A stretch of DNA of 64,000 nt from Octopus bimaculoides (taxonomy: Eukaryota): positions 7,849,529 to 7,913,528 of the forward strand of contig NC_068996.1 in NCBI RefSeq assembly GCF_001194135.2. The letters are read 5' to 3'. Both the position numbers and the translations under genes were made by a program. Below the pieces are notes generated by a model. It was not told the origin of the DNA. It was given only the letters and a program-made list of their open reading frames with translations, and ran no database searches. Below are positions 38,997 to 51,510 of the stretch, piece by piece. The first letter of the stretch is position 1. Every line of letters begins with the position of its first letter.

Positions 38997-39911
38997 AATG
39001 TGTGGATTAACGGTTGCACATTGTGTGTGTGTTATGTATGCATGCATACATTTATATATATATATATGTACATACATACACTGCGTATATACACATAATG
39101 ACTAAGGGAAAGCATATATATTTTATGCCAGTCATTTGACGGTAGCCCAAAATTCAAATTCTGCAAGACCAACCTTGCCGTATCCTTTCGGTGTCGATAT
39201 CATATGTACCAGATGAGCACAAGTGTCAATGTAATCCTCTAAATTTGGCCTTGTGCTAAAATTTGAAACCATTACACACACACACACACAGGCAACGTAC
39301 ATGTTTGTTAATAGTAATGAATGGAATAGTACCCAATACTCGAGGAGAAATAATATTTGTACACACACACACACAAACTAGAAGTCCCTGCTTAATTCAT
39401 AGTGATTCTCGACTAATGGCATCGAGATACACTGAAATTTTTTGGGGAGATTGGGGTGAGAAACAGAAAGAATGAATGAATGGAAAGAGACAAAATACAC
39501 AAATTATGGATGTCGGATAAAAGAATTAGAAAACAGACTTTATAATTACAACCAGAGAAGTTAATTACATAAAAATACAGACACATGCAATTATGTGGGT
39601 TCGTGTCCCACGGGTAACTTTTTAAACTCGATATTTACACGCTTTTATTTATAGCTTTATTTTCTTCGAGATTCACTGTTCTTTTACACAAAAAATGCTT
39701 ATGTATACATTTTCATATTACACATAGACACACAACCGACTCGTACGCAATATTTTTGCAATATTAAAACATGTTCGGTTTGGTAACACCAGAATGAATT
39801 CGAACAAAAGATATAAAGGGAAAAATGAGTGGAAAAGAGATGGTAACGATAGCGGACAATTAATTATTCAAGGAAGATTTCAGCGCAACTGCAAAAAACT
39901 ATCTATCTATC

Positions 39912-39945
<34 letters not shown>

Positions 39946-40841
39946 GTTTCAGAGAGAGAGAGAGAGAGAGAATGCAGATGTATTTTAATAAAAACTCCTT
40001 AATGTTTCTCTCTACAAACCGGGTCTTAGCTACCTCAGTGTTGCTGATAAAATTAATTATGTCACCCAGCGAGAATACAACTGATGATACAATTATGTCA
40101 ACGATAACAAAAGTGTTTTGTTTTTTTCTTTTAACGTTTCAATCGAATACTCTCTCTGCTGCAAACCACACGATTGACATCTTAAAACTTGCAAATATAT
40201 CCATGGTGATAGACCTACAGGTTGCTCGTAAACATTCGGTTTAAGCTTTACTTCTGTATCCATATCTGTGTCTGCTTTTCATTATGTATATATAAGATAA
40301 TTTTCATTATTTCAAATAGGAGTGATGGTAGTGCGACGTCCCCCTCATACTGTGTGTGTGTGTGTGTGTACACAAACATACATAAAATATACGTGCCCCC
40401 ATACTATATACATACATATACACAAAGATATATACATACATATACTTCCTAACACTATACATCGACAGACTATTATATATAATGTTCCCCTCTACACTTA
40501 TAGTTCTAACAGTTCTAACAAACACGACGTCGTTGATCAATAGAAAGAAATAACAGCTTAAATTAGAGGCTTTACTATGTACAGCAAACATATTACTGAA
40601 TCAATGGAGCCACCATAAAGTACTGGTTATGAGCACAAGGCTTTATAATATCGCTTCATTTGTTGAGTAATACATGAACGTACGTAGAATTGTACAAATT
40701 GCGTATATGTGTGAAAGAGAATTAGACAGATACAGAGAAAGAGAGAGAGAAAGAGAGACTGACATACTGTTGATATCCTGATAATAAACAGGGAAATACA
40801 CAACTAGAAAAATAAAAATATAACATTACAGCTTCATAACA

Positions 40842-40883
<42 letters not shown>

Positions 40884-40932
40884 CATACATACAGACGTGA
40901 GTGTGTGAATATAGATATATACACACATCTTG

Positions 40933-40971
<39 letters not shown>

Positions 40972-42188
40972 CATACATACAGACGTGAGCGTGTGAATAT
41001 AGATATATACACACATAACGAATAAGCATCTTCGTGTTCACACGAGCTGCTAGAAATAACAGCCAAATTTCTTGCTTCACATCAACTTAAGAGAACAAAT
41101 TGTACATGATCCTGGGTTACCCGCATATGGGGGAAAAAGACAGGATGGTCACAAATGGAAGCTCTATAAGTCTACACTCCTTTATAGCTGACCTCTAGTT
41201 AAAATTACACACACGTGTGTGTATGTATGTGTTTGTGTGTTAATATTTCGTCTAGAAACGCTGCCGTTACCTAAACAAACATATACGCAATTTAATGCAT
41301 ATATTTTTATGTTTGAGTATAGTGTTTGTATGAATATAAATTCATGAGTCTATTCGTCGCGATGAATACATAATGGAATAAAGTAAAAATATAAAGTCAT
41401 TTTCTTTTCTCATTCATTTTCGTGGTTTTTTTTTTTGGTCTTTTATTGTTTGGAGATAAAAAGCTTTGTCATAATTTAAATTCATAAAATAAAGAAAAAA
41501 AACAGGAAACAGTTGAACAATTGAATATCAATTAGTGGAATAATATATTTCTATTAAGGCAACACAAATACGTTTAATAAATGCGTTAAGTTCAGACAAA
41601 ACATTGAGGGGTGTACATAATGACAATTCAAGTGAAAATAGACAAGTTATACACACACACATTTATGTGCAGCATATCAGTACACTAATTTACATGTTCA
41701 TATGAAATGAATGTGTGTACACACATATATATCTGAATGCGCGTTCATGTGTAAGCATATATATGTGGGTACATGAGTGTGTATATAATGTATATAAATA
41801 TATACATATACATATTACACATGTATACGTACATGAATGTACGTTCATGTGCAAGCACATATGTATATAAATATGTGGGTATATGTGTGTATATTACAAC
41901 GGACATACATGTATATAAATACATATACACATACATGAATGTACGTTCATATTCACATATGTATTTAAATGTATGTGGGTATATGTATGTATATAACAAA
42001 ATGTATGTATATATATATATATATATATATAAGTACATTCGTAATTGTGTATATATACCCATTTATATACACATTCGTAATTGTGTATATATACCCATTT
42101 AGATATGTGGGTGGGTGTATATATGTATATATGTGGGTGTACATATAGCTGTATATGCAGTATATATATATAAATGTTCATTTGTATG

Positions 42189-42229
<41 letters not shown>

Positions 42230-42856
42230 GCTTGTGCATACAGTGTATAGTGTGTGTATATAGTATGCGTATATAGTGTATGTATATGTGGGTGAATGTA
42301 TATATATATATATGTATATATAACACAATTTTAAACTATATATAAATTAACATAATAATAATAATTTGCTGAAAAACGAATGAAATAACAGAGACATTTG
42401 GAAACACATTTTAAAAAGTCAAAATAGAAAGTGGCCTTGTCTTCATTGATATGGAGAAAGATAGAGAGAATGAATAAAAAAAGAAAAGAAAAAAGAACGT
42501 GTAGAACATTAATACATTATTAATGAAAGAAAAAATAGGGAAAATGACTACAAGAAGAAGAAATAAATACGTACCGTTAGAAATTAGTCGGCTATTTTAA
42601 TTGGTGTATAAAATATGGTGCAATTGATATGATTTATGTCTTGTTTTCGTTCGTTTTATGCTTTTTTTTCTCTCTTTTCACTACTGAGACATTAGCTAAA
42701 TGAATCTAACTGTTTCGGCAACCATATCTCACCTTTGCTACGTTGTTGAATGTATGAGTGTAAAAAGCAAGGTGCGTGCGAATGTGTACATGAGTGTTTC
42801 CATTAAAACGTCAGTGTGGGAATGTGTCACCCATTCAAGTGGCGTGCGTTTTATCA

Positions 42857-42997
42857 ATGTGGAGAGTCATCTCCCTTGTTTCTCTGGTATTGTCAACAAC
42901 AGCAGCAGCAGCCACGAGCCGACCGGTTGAGCTGCATGCTAGAAATAGAAGGCAGATCTACAGATCTCCTTCATATAATATTTACCGTCTTAGATGA
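42857..42997 (+). CDS. Candidate 46-aa secreted peptide precursor (unverified)
   Basis: MWRVISLVSLVLSTTAAAATSRPVELHARNRRQIYRSPSYNIYRLR*: signal-peptide-like N-terminus, RNRR furin motif and a Gln-initial 14-mer. Confidence 0.22.
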   Translation: MWRVISLVSLVLSTTAAAATSRPVELHARNRRQIYRSPSYNIYRLR

Positions 42998-43280
42998 TGA
43001 CAGGACCCATCAAATAATGTAGTTTTAGGCAATCCTTAAAATATGAAGTGATGGAACGGTCGCAGCTGAAATACTTTTGATCAATAGGTCTGCTCGTTTA
43101 GAGTTGACCAAGGGCTAAACAGCGGCGGCAGCGGCAACGGTGCCTATCGACGTAGCAGTCGCTTCGCTTTTCATTTTCTGCGTGTCTATCTCTACTGCGG
43201 TTAGCAAACTGTTGCTATTTCTTGACGAATGGTTCTGATGATAGTGATGACAGTAATGATTGTCTGTTCAATAACTTATA

Positions 43281-43301
43281 ATGGACAAAGTGCAAACCAT
43301 G
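43281..43301 (+). CDS. Candidate first coding exon segment (MDKVQTM) followed by a splice donor
   Basis: ataATGG Kozak-like context, ATG|gtaata donor in phase 0, downstream of a GC/CpG-rich leader. Confidence 0.18.
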
Positions 43302-44200
43302 GTAATATGCAGGGGGAAGTGTGATAACACAAACGGTTATTTAACTGAAGCTCACCGTTGTCGAGCGTAAATGTTATAATAGATAGCAATTATTTATTTG
43401 AGAAATAAATTACTTGTTACGAAAAAAGAAATTATTGCTATTTGGTGCAATTAAATTTTGTTGTAGCTATTGCTCGTATGTGTGTGTGTGTGCATTTAAC
43501 TAGATATTGTGTGTGTGTGTGTGTAAATACATATGTATGTTCTTGGTTTTGATTTTTTTCTTTTTTTTGTATTTGAATGGTGTAAGATTCTTGAAGTGAA
43601 ACCGCATGTTGAAAACTGATTTTATTATACATGTAGGAGTGGGAACTGTTGACAATAAAACATACGCAGTGATTGTAATTCACTTCAGCTGTGTTATCAG
43701 TCAATTAGATAATTAGTTCATTAATTAATTTATTGGCTTATCAAAGTTCTTCACAACCTGCGACTTTATCGATTACTACATGTACCTCATACATTCTCCT
43801 CCATTAATCGTTGTGTGTTTGTGTGTTCACATATAGCCATGATAATGATTTTATCATCCAATCACACTTAATGACACCACCCCGCCGCCACCAATTCGTC
43901 TTTAGAAATGCCCACCCCGCGTGTCCGTAATGTTAATCGCATCATCGCATTCACACCCTGCCACCAACTTTGACCATTTGGCCTTCCCCCTCATCGTCTT
44001 CCCCCTCTTCCTGCAATACCTTGTCTCTTTAACAATCCATCATGTGTTTCTTCAACCCACTTCGTATAGACAGACCAATGTTTCTCAACTATTTTTCACC
44101 TATGGACTCCCTTTGGTTCCTATTTTACTCAGACGGACCCTCATAACCTTTTGATGTCTTGAAAAATCTAATATTTTTATAATTAAATATTATTCGGAAT

Positions 44201-45040
44201 TCTCTTTTTACTCTTTTACTTGTTTCAGTCATTTGACTGCGGCCATGCTGGAGCACTGCCTTTAGTCAAGCAAATCGACCTCAGGACTTATTCTTTGTAA
44301 GCCTATTACTTATTCTATCGGTCTCTTTTGCCGAACCGCTAAGATTACGGGGACGTAAACACACCAGCATCGGTTGTCAAGCGATGTTGGGGGGACAAAC
44401 ACAGATACACAAACATATACACACACATATATATATATACATATATACGACAGGCTTCTTTTCAGTTTCTGTCTACCAAATCCATTCACAAGGCTTTGGT
44501 CGACCCAAGGCTATAGAAGACACTTGCCCAAGGTGCCATGCAGTTGGGACTGAACCCATGACCATGTGGTTGGTAAGCAAGCTACTTACCACTCAGCCAC
44601 TCCTGAGCCTATATATATATATTTTCTCATTTTATATTTTACTTCTTTCAGTCATTAGACTTCGGTCATGCTTGAACATTGCCTTCAAGATTTCTAGTCA
44701 ATGAATCAACCCTACTATTTTTTTTTTCTTTTTAAGCCTGGTACATATTCTATCAGCCTCTTTGCCAAACCACCAAATTATAGGGACGTAAACACATTAG
44801 CATCAGTTGTCAAGCTGGTGGAGGACAAACACACACACACAAACACTCACACACACAAACACACACACACACACACACACACACAACAGTCTTCTTTCAG
44901 TTTCCATCTACCAAATTCACTCACAAGGCTTTGGTTAGCCTGGGGCTATACCAGAAGACACTTGCCCAAGGTGCCACACTGTAGGACTGAACCCAGAACT
45001 ATGTGGTTTGGAAGCAGGCTTCTTGTCACACAGTTACACC
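44201..45040 (-). mobile_element. Two tandem SINE family A copies (44201-44610 young; 44638-45040 older)
   Basis: Complete family A tail-to-head sequences. Confidence 0.92.
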
Positions 45041-45559
45041 TAAAATTCATCATCATCATCAACATTTAACGTCTGCTTTCCATGCTTGCATGGGTTGGAT
45101 GGCTTGACTGAAAACTGGTGTGCCAGTGGGGCTGCACCAGGTTCCAATCTGATTTGGCAAGGTTTCTACGGCTGGATGCCCTTCCTAATACCAACCACTC
45201 CAAGAGTGTAATGGGTGTTTTTTACGTACTGCTGGCATGGGTGCCATTGATGTGACACCAGCATCAGTCACAATAACAGTTACTCTTGGCTTGACAAGTC
45301 TACACAAGCATGGTATATCACCAAAGGTCTTTGTCACCTGTCACCGCCTCCATGAGGCCCCATGCTCGAATGGTGCTTTTTACGTGCCACTAGCACGGGC
45401 ACCAGTCAGACAACACTGGCATCAGCCACAACTACGATTTCACTCAGTTTGACAAGTCTTCAGAAGCACAGCATATCACCAATGATTGAAGTGTTCTTTT
45501 AACAGGCCAGTTATGTGACACTGGCATATGAACCCCGGTTGAGAACCACTGCTTTAGAG

Positions 45560-46640
45560 CCTGCCACTTCACCTATATTCCATGAACGTTCTCTCCACTC
45601 CTTAAAATAAGCCCTTAATTTACATGACATTTCAGACCAGCAGCACTTCTATCCCTAAAGAAAAAAGATCTTTTCCCTACTCTGAGCCCAGTGCAACACA
45701 TACCTTTGCATTCATAAAACCAATATACTCTTTGACCCATTAAACGTTGCTTCCCTATACAGTAACCATTTCACCTGCATTGCTTGAAATGTTATTGACC
45801 ATCTTAAACATTAATACTCTGGTTTCATATATTGGTAAAAACTAGTCATAGGTTGGTTAGCGGATCAAATCATTGAGCATTTACATGACCTCTACCTAAA
45901 CAACACAATCCCACCAGTTAGTTGTCATTTCAACTCACCTGTACCTAGGTACATACTATTTCCAGCCTCTCAACCTGTTGTACTATTTCATACCATAGAT
46001 ACCCTACTTCTTGCTTTTGCAAAGGACACCTAATTTTCTGCATTGGCTACTCTTCCTCAGGTATAAATATTATGGTCACATTCCCATAACAGCACCCTAC
46101 CACTCTGCATCTCAACCTCCCACACTGCACCCCACATTCATATCCAACAGACCACATACTTTCCTATACTTGTATACATCCAAACTGACTGAACATTACA
46201 CACACACACATACACACACACACACACACATACACTGGCACAAGGGCATAACTACTAACTTCGCATGCCCATACATACATACATAGACATACTAATCTTC
46301 ACATTACCACACCTAATACCCATGAATACACTGCTAACCCATCATACCTACATGCATTTTTCTGCACGATAATGCATCCCGCATCACCATTGTGCATAGG
46401 TGTCCTTCCTTTAGCACACACTATTCCTATACATCCATACCACTTCATGACTTATTACATTGTACATAATCACAAGTATAACCACCAGAATGCATGTTGT
46501 TTCTTTATGTTTCTTTCTGTGTTCCTTTCAGTTGAAGAGCGTAGGCTCGAAACGTCAAAGACTTTCTCTATTCCCAAGCGTTAAACTAATACATCCATTT
46601 GTTGTTTACACCACCTGTCCTCGTCTGTTGTTTTTTTTCA
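45560..46640 (+). mobile_element. 3' part of a Penelope-like element: GIY-YIG remnant, 3' UTR and terminal repeat with hammerhead-like motif
   Basis: Peptide remnants HFTCIA*NVI, SYIGK, IIEHL, PPVSCHFNSP and LIFCIGYSSSGINI match the C-terminal GIY-YIG of Neptune-like PLEs. The motif cttt-CAGTTGA-a-GAGC-gtag-GCTC-GAAA-cgtc-aaag lies at 46525-46560. Confidence 0.72.
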
Positions 46641-46804
46641 TAAATTCTCCCATATATATGTACAGGCACATACAATTCACATTCTCAGCTGATAAATCGC
46701 TTTGTTGCAAGAAAGACTTTTGCACTTCTAACTACACTATTTTATCTTCCTTGACACACATTTGATAAGATTTAACATTTATATAAATGAAAACATTACG
46801 CATT

Positions 46805-46845
<41 letters not shown>

Positions 46846-49014
46846 CACTCAAGTATTATGAGCTCCTCACTTTCACTCTTGATTTCATTCTTTAAATAAT
46901 TCTATCCCCACCCTCTTCTTCCACCCTACTCATTTTCCTCTTCTCTCTCTCTTTCTCTCCCACTTATTCTCTTTCTCTCTTTTTCATTCTCTTTCTCTAC
47001 CATACTTCCATCTGACTCTTACTGTAATGCAAAGTGTATCTCCTTTTGCAGTCCTTCTATCCCACTTCCCATCTTCTATTTTACACTTGACCCACTAGAT
47101 AAACAGACATCTTAAATTTGGTATTATATTGTTTTTCTTTTATCCTTCTCATTTGATCTCTATATTTAGCATTTTGAATGACCACAAATTATGAAAGCAA
47201 TAGCTCTTAAAGTGTATATCACAACAAGCATTGATTGGTTGAGCAGAGATGTGATTTAAGTCAAAATAGGAGAATTAATGGAGAATCTTGCCTCTCACAA
47301 TATAGAAACATTTCTCTTGGCCCCAGCAGACAAAATGGAAAGGGCATTGCCCCAGAGCATGATGAGCCACTCTGACTCACAGGGTTAGCAATTACAGACA
47401 GTAATCTTCGCCCCAATAGTGACCAGCAAGCATATGGTCCAGGGACCAACAATTCTGGAGGTTTCAACTGTCACAGGCTCAACCATAAATCTGCTGGAGA
47501 GTGACCAATACCTTGACAGTTTGTTTTTCTCAGCCTAATGAGCAGCAGAGCCTGGGCTGCTAGCTGACAGCACCAAGTTGCTGCTGGAGAGGATGTCATG
47601 GCATGTTACATCCCAGATGAGAGATCTAGCACCACAGAACAGGAAAATTGCCATGCCATCAGGTCATTTACCATTCCCTCAAACTGGGAAGTGAAGCCTG
47701 TGGCATCTAGGCCATGCTTTATGATCTTGAATGAAAGGTGGCATGGTGTGGAGGATGGCCAGCATTATGACTGCATGACAGTGGACAGAGGCCAAAAGAC
47801 TCCACAGTAGATCCACGGCAGGATTCCTGAGGCTCCCAAATCTGGAGACCAAACCTCAAGGAATTGGCAATGTGCAAGCAGTCACTTAATAAAGAGTATC
47901 ACCTAAAACATTAGATTATCTTCTGTTTCTTCTTTATTGAATATTTCTTTCAATATTATTTCATCTCTTTTCATAAAATGGCAAGCTGGTAGAATTGTTA
48001 ACATGCTGGGTGAAATGCTTAACTGTATCTCATTCATCATTATGTTCTACATTCAAATTACACTGAGGTCAACTTTGCCTTCATCCTCTCAGGGTCAATA
48101 AAATGAGTACCAGTCAAGCACTGGGGACAATGTAATCAACTTATGCCCCACCCCTGAAATTACTGACGTTGTGCCAAAATTTGTAACCGATATCATTTTA
48201 TTGCTTTAAATTTCAGTGTTTTTCAATTACATATTTCACTCATTTGACTTTTATAGAGCCACCACTTTCTCTCTCCCCCTCTCTCTCTATCTCTATCTCT
48301 CTCACACACACACACATACACACACAGAGTGAGAAAAAGATAAACCAGCAAACAACAAAGGAACAAAGTGGTTATTTTATACATCTCCAAAAACTAATAA
48401 ATGTCTTAGAAAAGTAGTGAAAAATACTTTGATAGTGCTCTCCTGGGAGAATATAATAAACTGGGATGTTTAAATACAAGCAGGAACTATGTTATACAAT
48501 GAGACATGTGAAACGAGGCAGTACACTTTTAATTCCTTCATGCAAGTTACTTAATCACTGAGTGTGCAAAATAATTTAAAACATAGCACCCACTACACTC
48601 TCTGAGTGGTTGGCGTTAGGAAGGGCATCCAGCTGTAGAAACTCTGCCAAATCAGACTGGAGCCTGGTGTTGCCATCCGGTTTCACCAGTCCTCAGTCAA
48701 ATCGTCCAACCCATGCTAGCATGGAAAGCGGACGTTAAACGATGATGATGATGATGATGATGATGTTATAATTTCATGTCTATGAAGATTAAACAAATTG
48801 GAAGAATGGCCTTCAGGTGCTACCTTTAGATGTTTCATCGATTATTCACTTCATCAGCCACTGTCGATTTAAAGACAGTTATTCATCTTGTCAGACAACA
48901 CTTAGCAGTTGTTCGCATTGTAAGTGGTTGCTATATTAATTAATGAGGATTTCACAAAGAAATGAAAAGGTCATTTTGTATATCACCAAAAATTATTACA
49001 AAGGGAGTGTATGC

Positions 49015-49054
<40 letters not shown>

Positions 49055-49401
49055 GTATATGTATATATATATATACATACATACATATATGTAACCTTTA
49101 TCGGAGAATTTTAAACAGGGATGATTTAGCTGTTTCTCTGTAGATAGAAAAAATGATGAACAACTTTAATTGATTTTCAAATCTTTTTGAATTCTTTGAT
49201 ATCTTTATCAATTTGACCAATTCCAGAGAAATAAGCTGCCACTCTCTTTAGATATTCTACACTTTCAGGAGCTACAGGAAACTGTAACTATTAGTTTGCA
49301 TACTGCAAGTGTTAACACTTTTATTTAATATCAGGGGCCTCATATTTAATATCAGGGGCTTGTTCAACTGGGATCTCAGTTCACACAGTATCAAGATATG
49401 A

Positions 49402-50327
49402 TACAAGGTGGTATCAAAAAGTTCTTGGACTAATTCTGTAGTGCACCAACAGATGGCAGTATATGGTTGTGTGTGCAGTAAGAGCTGGCAGTGAAGTTTC
49501 ATGAGGCAATGTGCTGAGTGACATCGCTTTGTTTATTTTGCAAGTTGTGATATTTGTGTTTTTGTGATTATGTGTATGCTGTAGTTTGCAATTTTGTCAT
49601 GGACAGGAACAAAGAGCCAACGTGAAATTTTGTGTTAATCTTGGGAAGTCTGCAACACAGGCATTGAGCATGTTTTGGCAAGCTTATGGCAATGAAGCAA
49701 TGGGTCATACACAATGTTTCAAGTAGCACAGGTGCTTCAAAAGTGGAAGAACATCCCTGGAAGATAATGAGTGATGTGGAAGACCTGCCACAAGTGTCAC
49801 CGTTGTAAATGTGGTATTGTACATCAAGAATTCATCCGCCGGGGCAAGACCATCAATGGAGAATTCTACTGCAAGATTTTGAAGCATTTCAAGGAGGGCA
49901 TTCAGCAAAAGCAATTGGATCTGTGGAACTCGAAGAATTGGATTCTTCACAAGAACAATGCACCCTGTCACAGAACTTTCCTCACTTGTGAGTTTCTCAT
50001 CAAAAGTGACATGGTATTGCTTCTGCACCCACCCTATTTACCAGATTTAGCACCTGTGGACTTCTGTCTCTTCTTCAAGATGAAAATTCAGCTCAAAGGT
50101 TGCTGTTTTAACATTGTTGTCAAGATCAAGAGCAAATCACAGAAGGTCCTCAACTTGCTTAAGGAAAATGACTTCCAGGCTGGATTCCAAAAGTGGTAGG
50201 AATGCTGGGACCAAAGTATCGCTATGTAAGGTGACTATTTCAAAGGAGATGATGCTAAAACTTAGGTAGATAAGTTATTTTTTATTAAACGTAACTAGTC
50301 TGGGAACCTTTTTTTATTGAATTTGTA
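49402..50327 (+). mobile_element. Internally deleted mariner (DD34D-type)
   Basis: Imperfect TIRs (tacaaggtggtatcaaaaagttcttggacta / tagtctgggaaccttttt..tttgta). The ORF at 49771-50199 has HQEFIRRGKTINGEFYCKIL, ILHKNNAPCH, LLHPPYLPDLAPVDF and FQKW; the middle of the transposase is missing. Confidence 0.92.
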
Positions 50328-50364
50328 GCTTTTGCAGTAGATTTGGAAATAGAAAATAAGATTT

Positions 50365-50555
50365 TACAGTTCTATATTTAAGAATTGTTTATATTATTTA
50401 TATTTGACAGATATTTGTCCTCGTCTTTTTTGTTGTTAACACAATGTTTCGGCTGATATACCCTCCAGCCTTCATCAGGAGTCTTGGGGAAATTTCAAAC
50501 CTGGGTTCTCATTCCTAACAAGATGAGGACAAATATCCGTCAAATGTAAATAATT
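50365..50555 (-). mobile_element. Hammerhead-tail element with canonical CTGATGA core and an inverted tail copy
   Basis: Minus strand 50483-50438: gactc-CTGATGA-a-GGCTG-gagggtatat-CAGCC-GAAA-catt-gtgtt. 50517-50555 is an inverted copy of about 50393-50432. Confidence 0.85.
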
Positions 50556-50759
50556 TTAAAAAATGATTTATCTATTTCTCTGTAGATTATAAAAAATTGA
50601 TGAACAACCTAAATCAATTTTCAAATCTTATTTTATTCCCATCAGAAGTGTCTACATCATTCCCAGAGAAGTAATCTGCCACTCTCTTTATACATATATT
50701 TATGATGTATATACACACTGGATGTGCAATGTCAGTGTGCATATATGACAGAGTGTAAG

Positions 50760-51267
50760 CATCTTGAGAGAAAAGTTGGGCATAAGAGGCATCAGATGTG
50801 GTGTGCAAGTGAGGCAACTGTGCTGGTATGGTCATGTGATGCATATGGATGAGGACAGCTGTGTAAAGAAGTGTTGATCTCTAACTGTAGAGGGAACCTG
50901 TGGAAGAGGTAGACCCAGGAAGATATGGGACAAGGTGGTAAAGCATGATCTTCAGGTGTTGGCTCTCATGGAGGTGATGGCAAATGATTGTGATCTTTGA
51001 CAGTTTGTTGTGCTTGAGAAGATTCCTTAAGTAAAATGGTAGTTGTGGCCGAAACCAGTGACATGTAACAGTATTCATGCCAGTGGCTTGTAAAAGCACC
51101 CTCTATACTCTCAGAGGGGTTGACATTAGGAAGAGCATCCAGTCATAGAAACCAAGCCAAAGTTAGACTGGATCCTGGTGCAGATCTCCAGCTTACCAGT
51201 TCCGGTCAAACCATCTAACCCATGCCAACATGGAAAGCGGATGTTAAATGATGAGGATGATGATGAT
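50760..51267 (+). mobile_element. RTE-clade LINE 3' end
   Basis: Translates REKLGIRGIRCGVQVRQLCWYGHVMHMDEDSCVKKC..VEGTCGRGRPRKIW (cf. RLRWYGHV.RM...RGRPRKTW), then the family C tail and (ATG)n. Confidence 0.88.
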
Positions 51268-51477
51268 ACTCTTTACTCTTTTACTTGTTTCAGTCATTTG
51301 ACTGTGACCATGCTGGAGCACCACCTTTAGTCGAGCAAATCGACCCCAGGACTTATTCTTTGTAAGCCTAGTACTTATTCTATCGGTCTCTTTTGCCGAA
51401 CCGCTAAGTTACGGGGACGTAAACACACCATCAATTGTCAAGCAATGTTGGGGTGACAAACACAGACACACAATCAT

Positions 51478-51510
<33 letters not shown>

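Larger units (their letters stand above)
38900..44200. promoter_or_regulatory. CpG-retaining domain (putative unmethylated promoter or intergenic region)
   Basis: By eye, unique sequence here is rich in CpG (ccgactcgtacgc about 39738, cacgacgtcgttg about 40524, ttcgtcgcgatg about 41353, gcggcggcagcggcaacgg about 43122) compared with CpG-poor flanks. Not computed. Confidence 0.5.

Noticed and set aside
39960-40204. Minus-strand frame open for about 80 codons with a single in-frame TGA (read-through or selenocysteine idea)
   Set aside because: No SECIS or recognisable domain seen. It is antisense to another unremarkable ORF and ends in a microsatellite.
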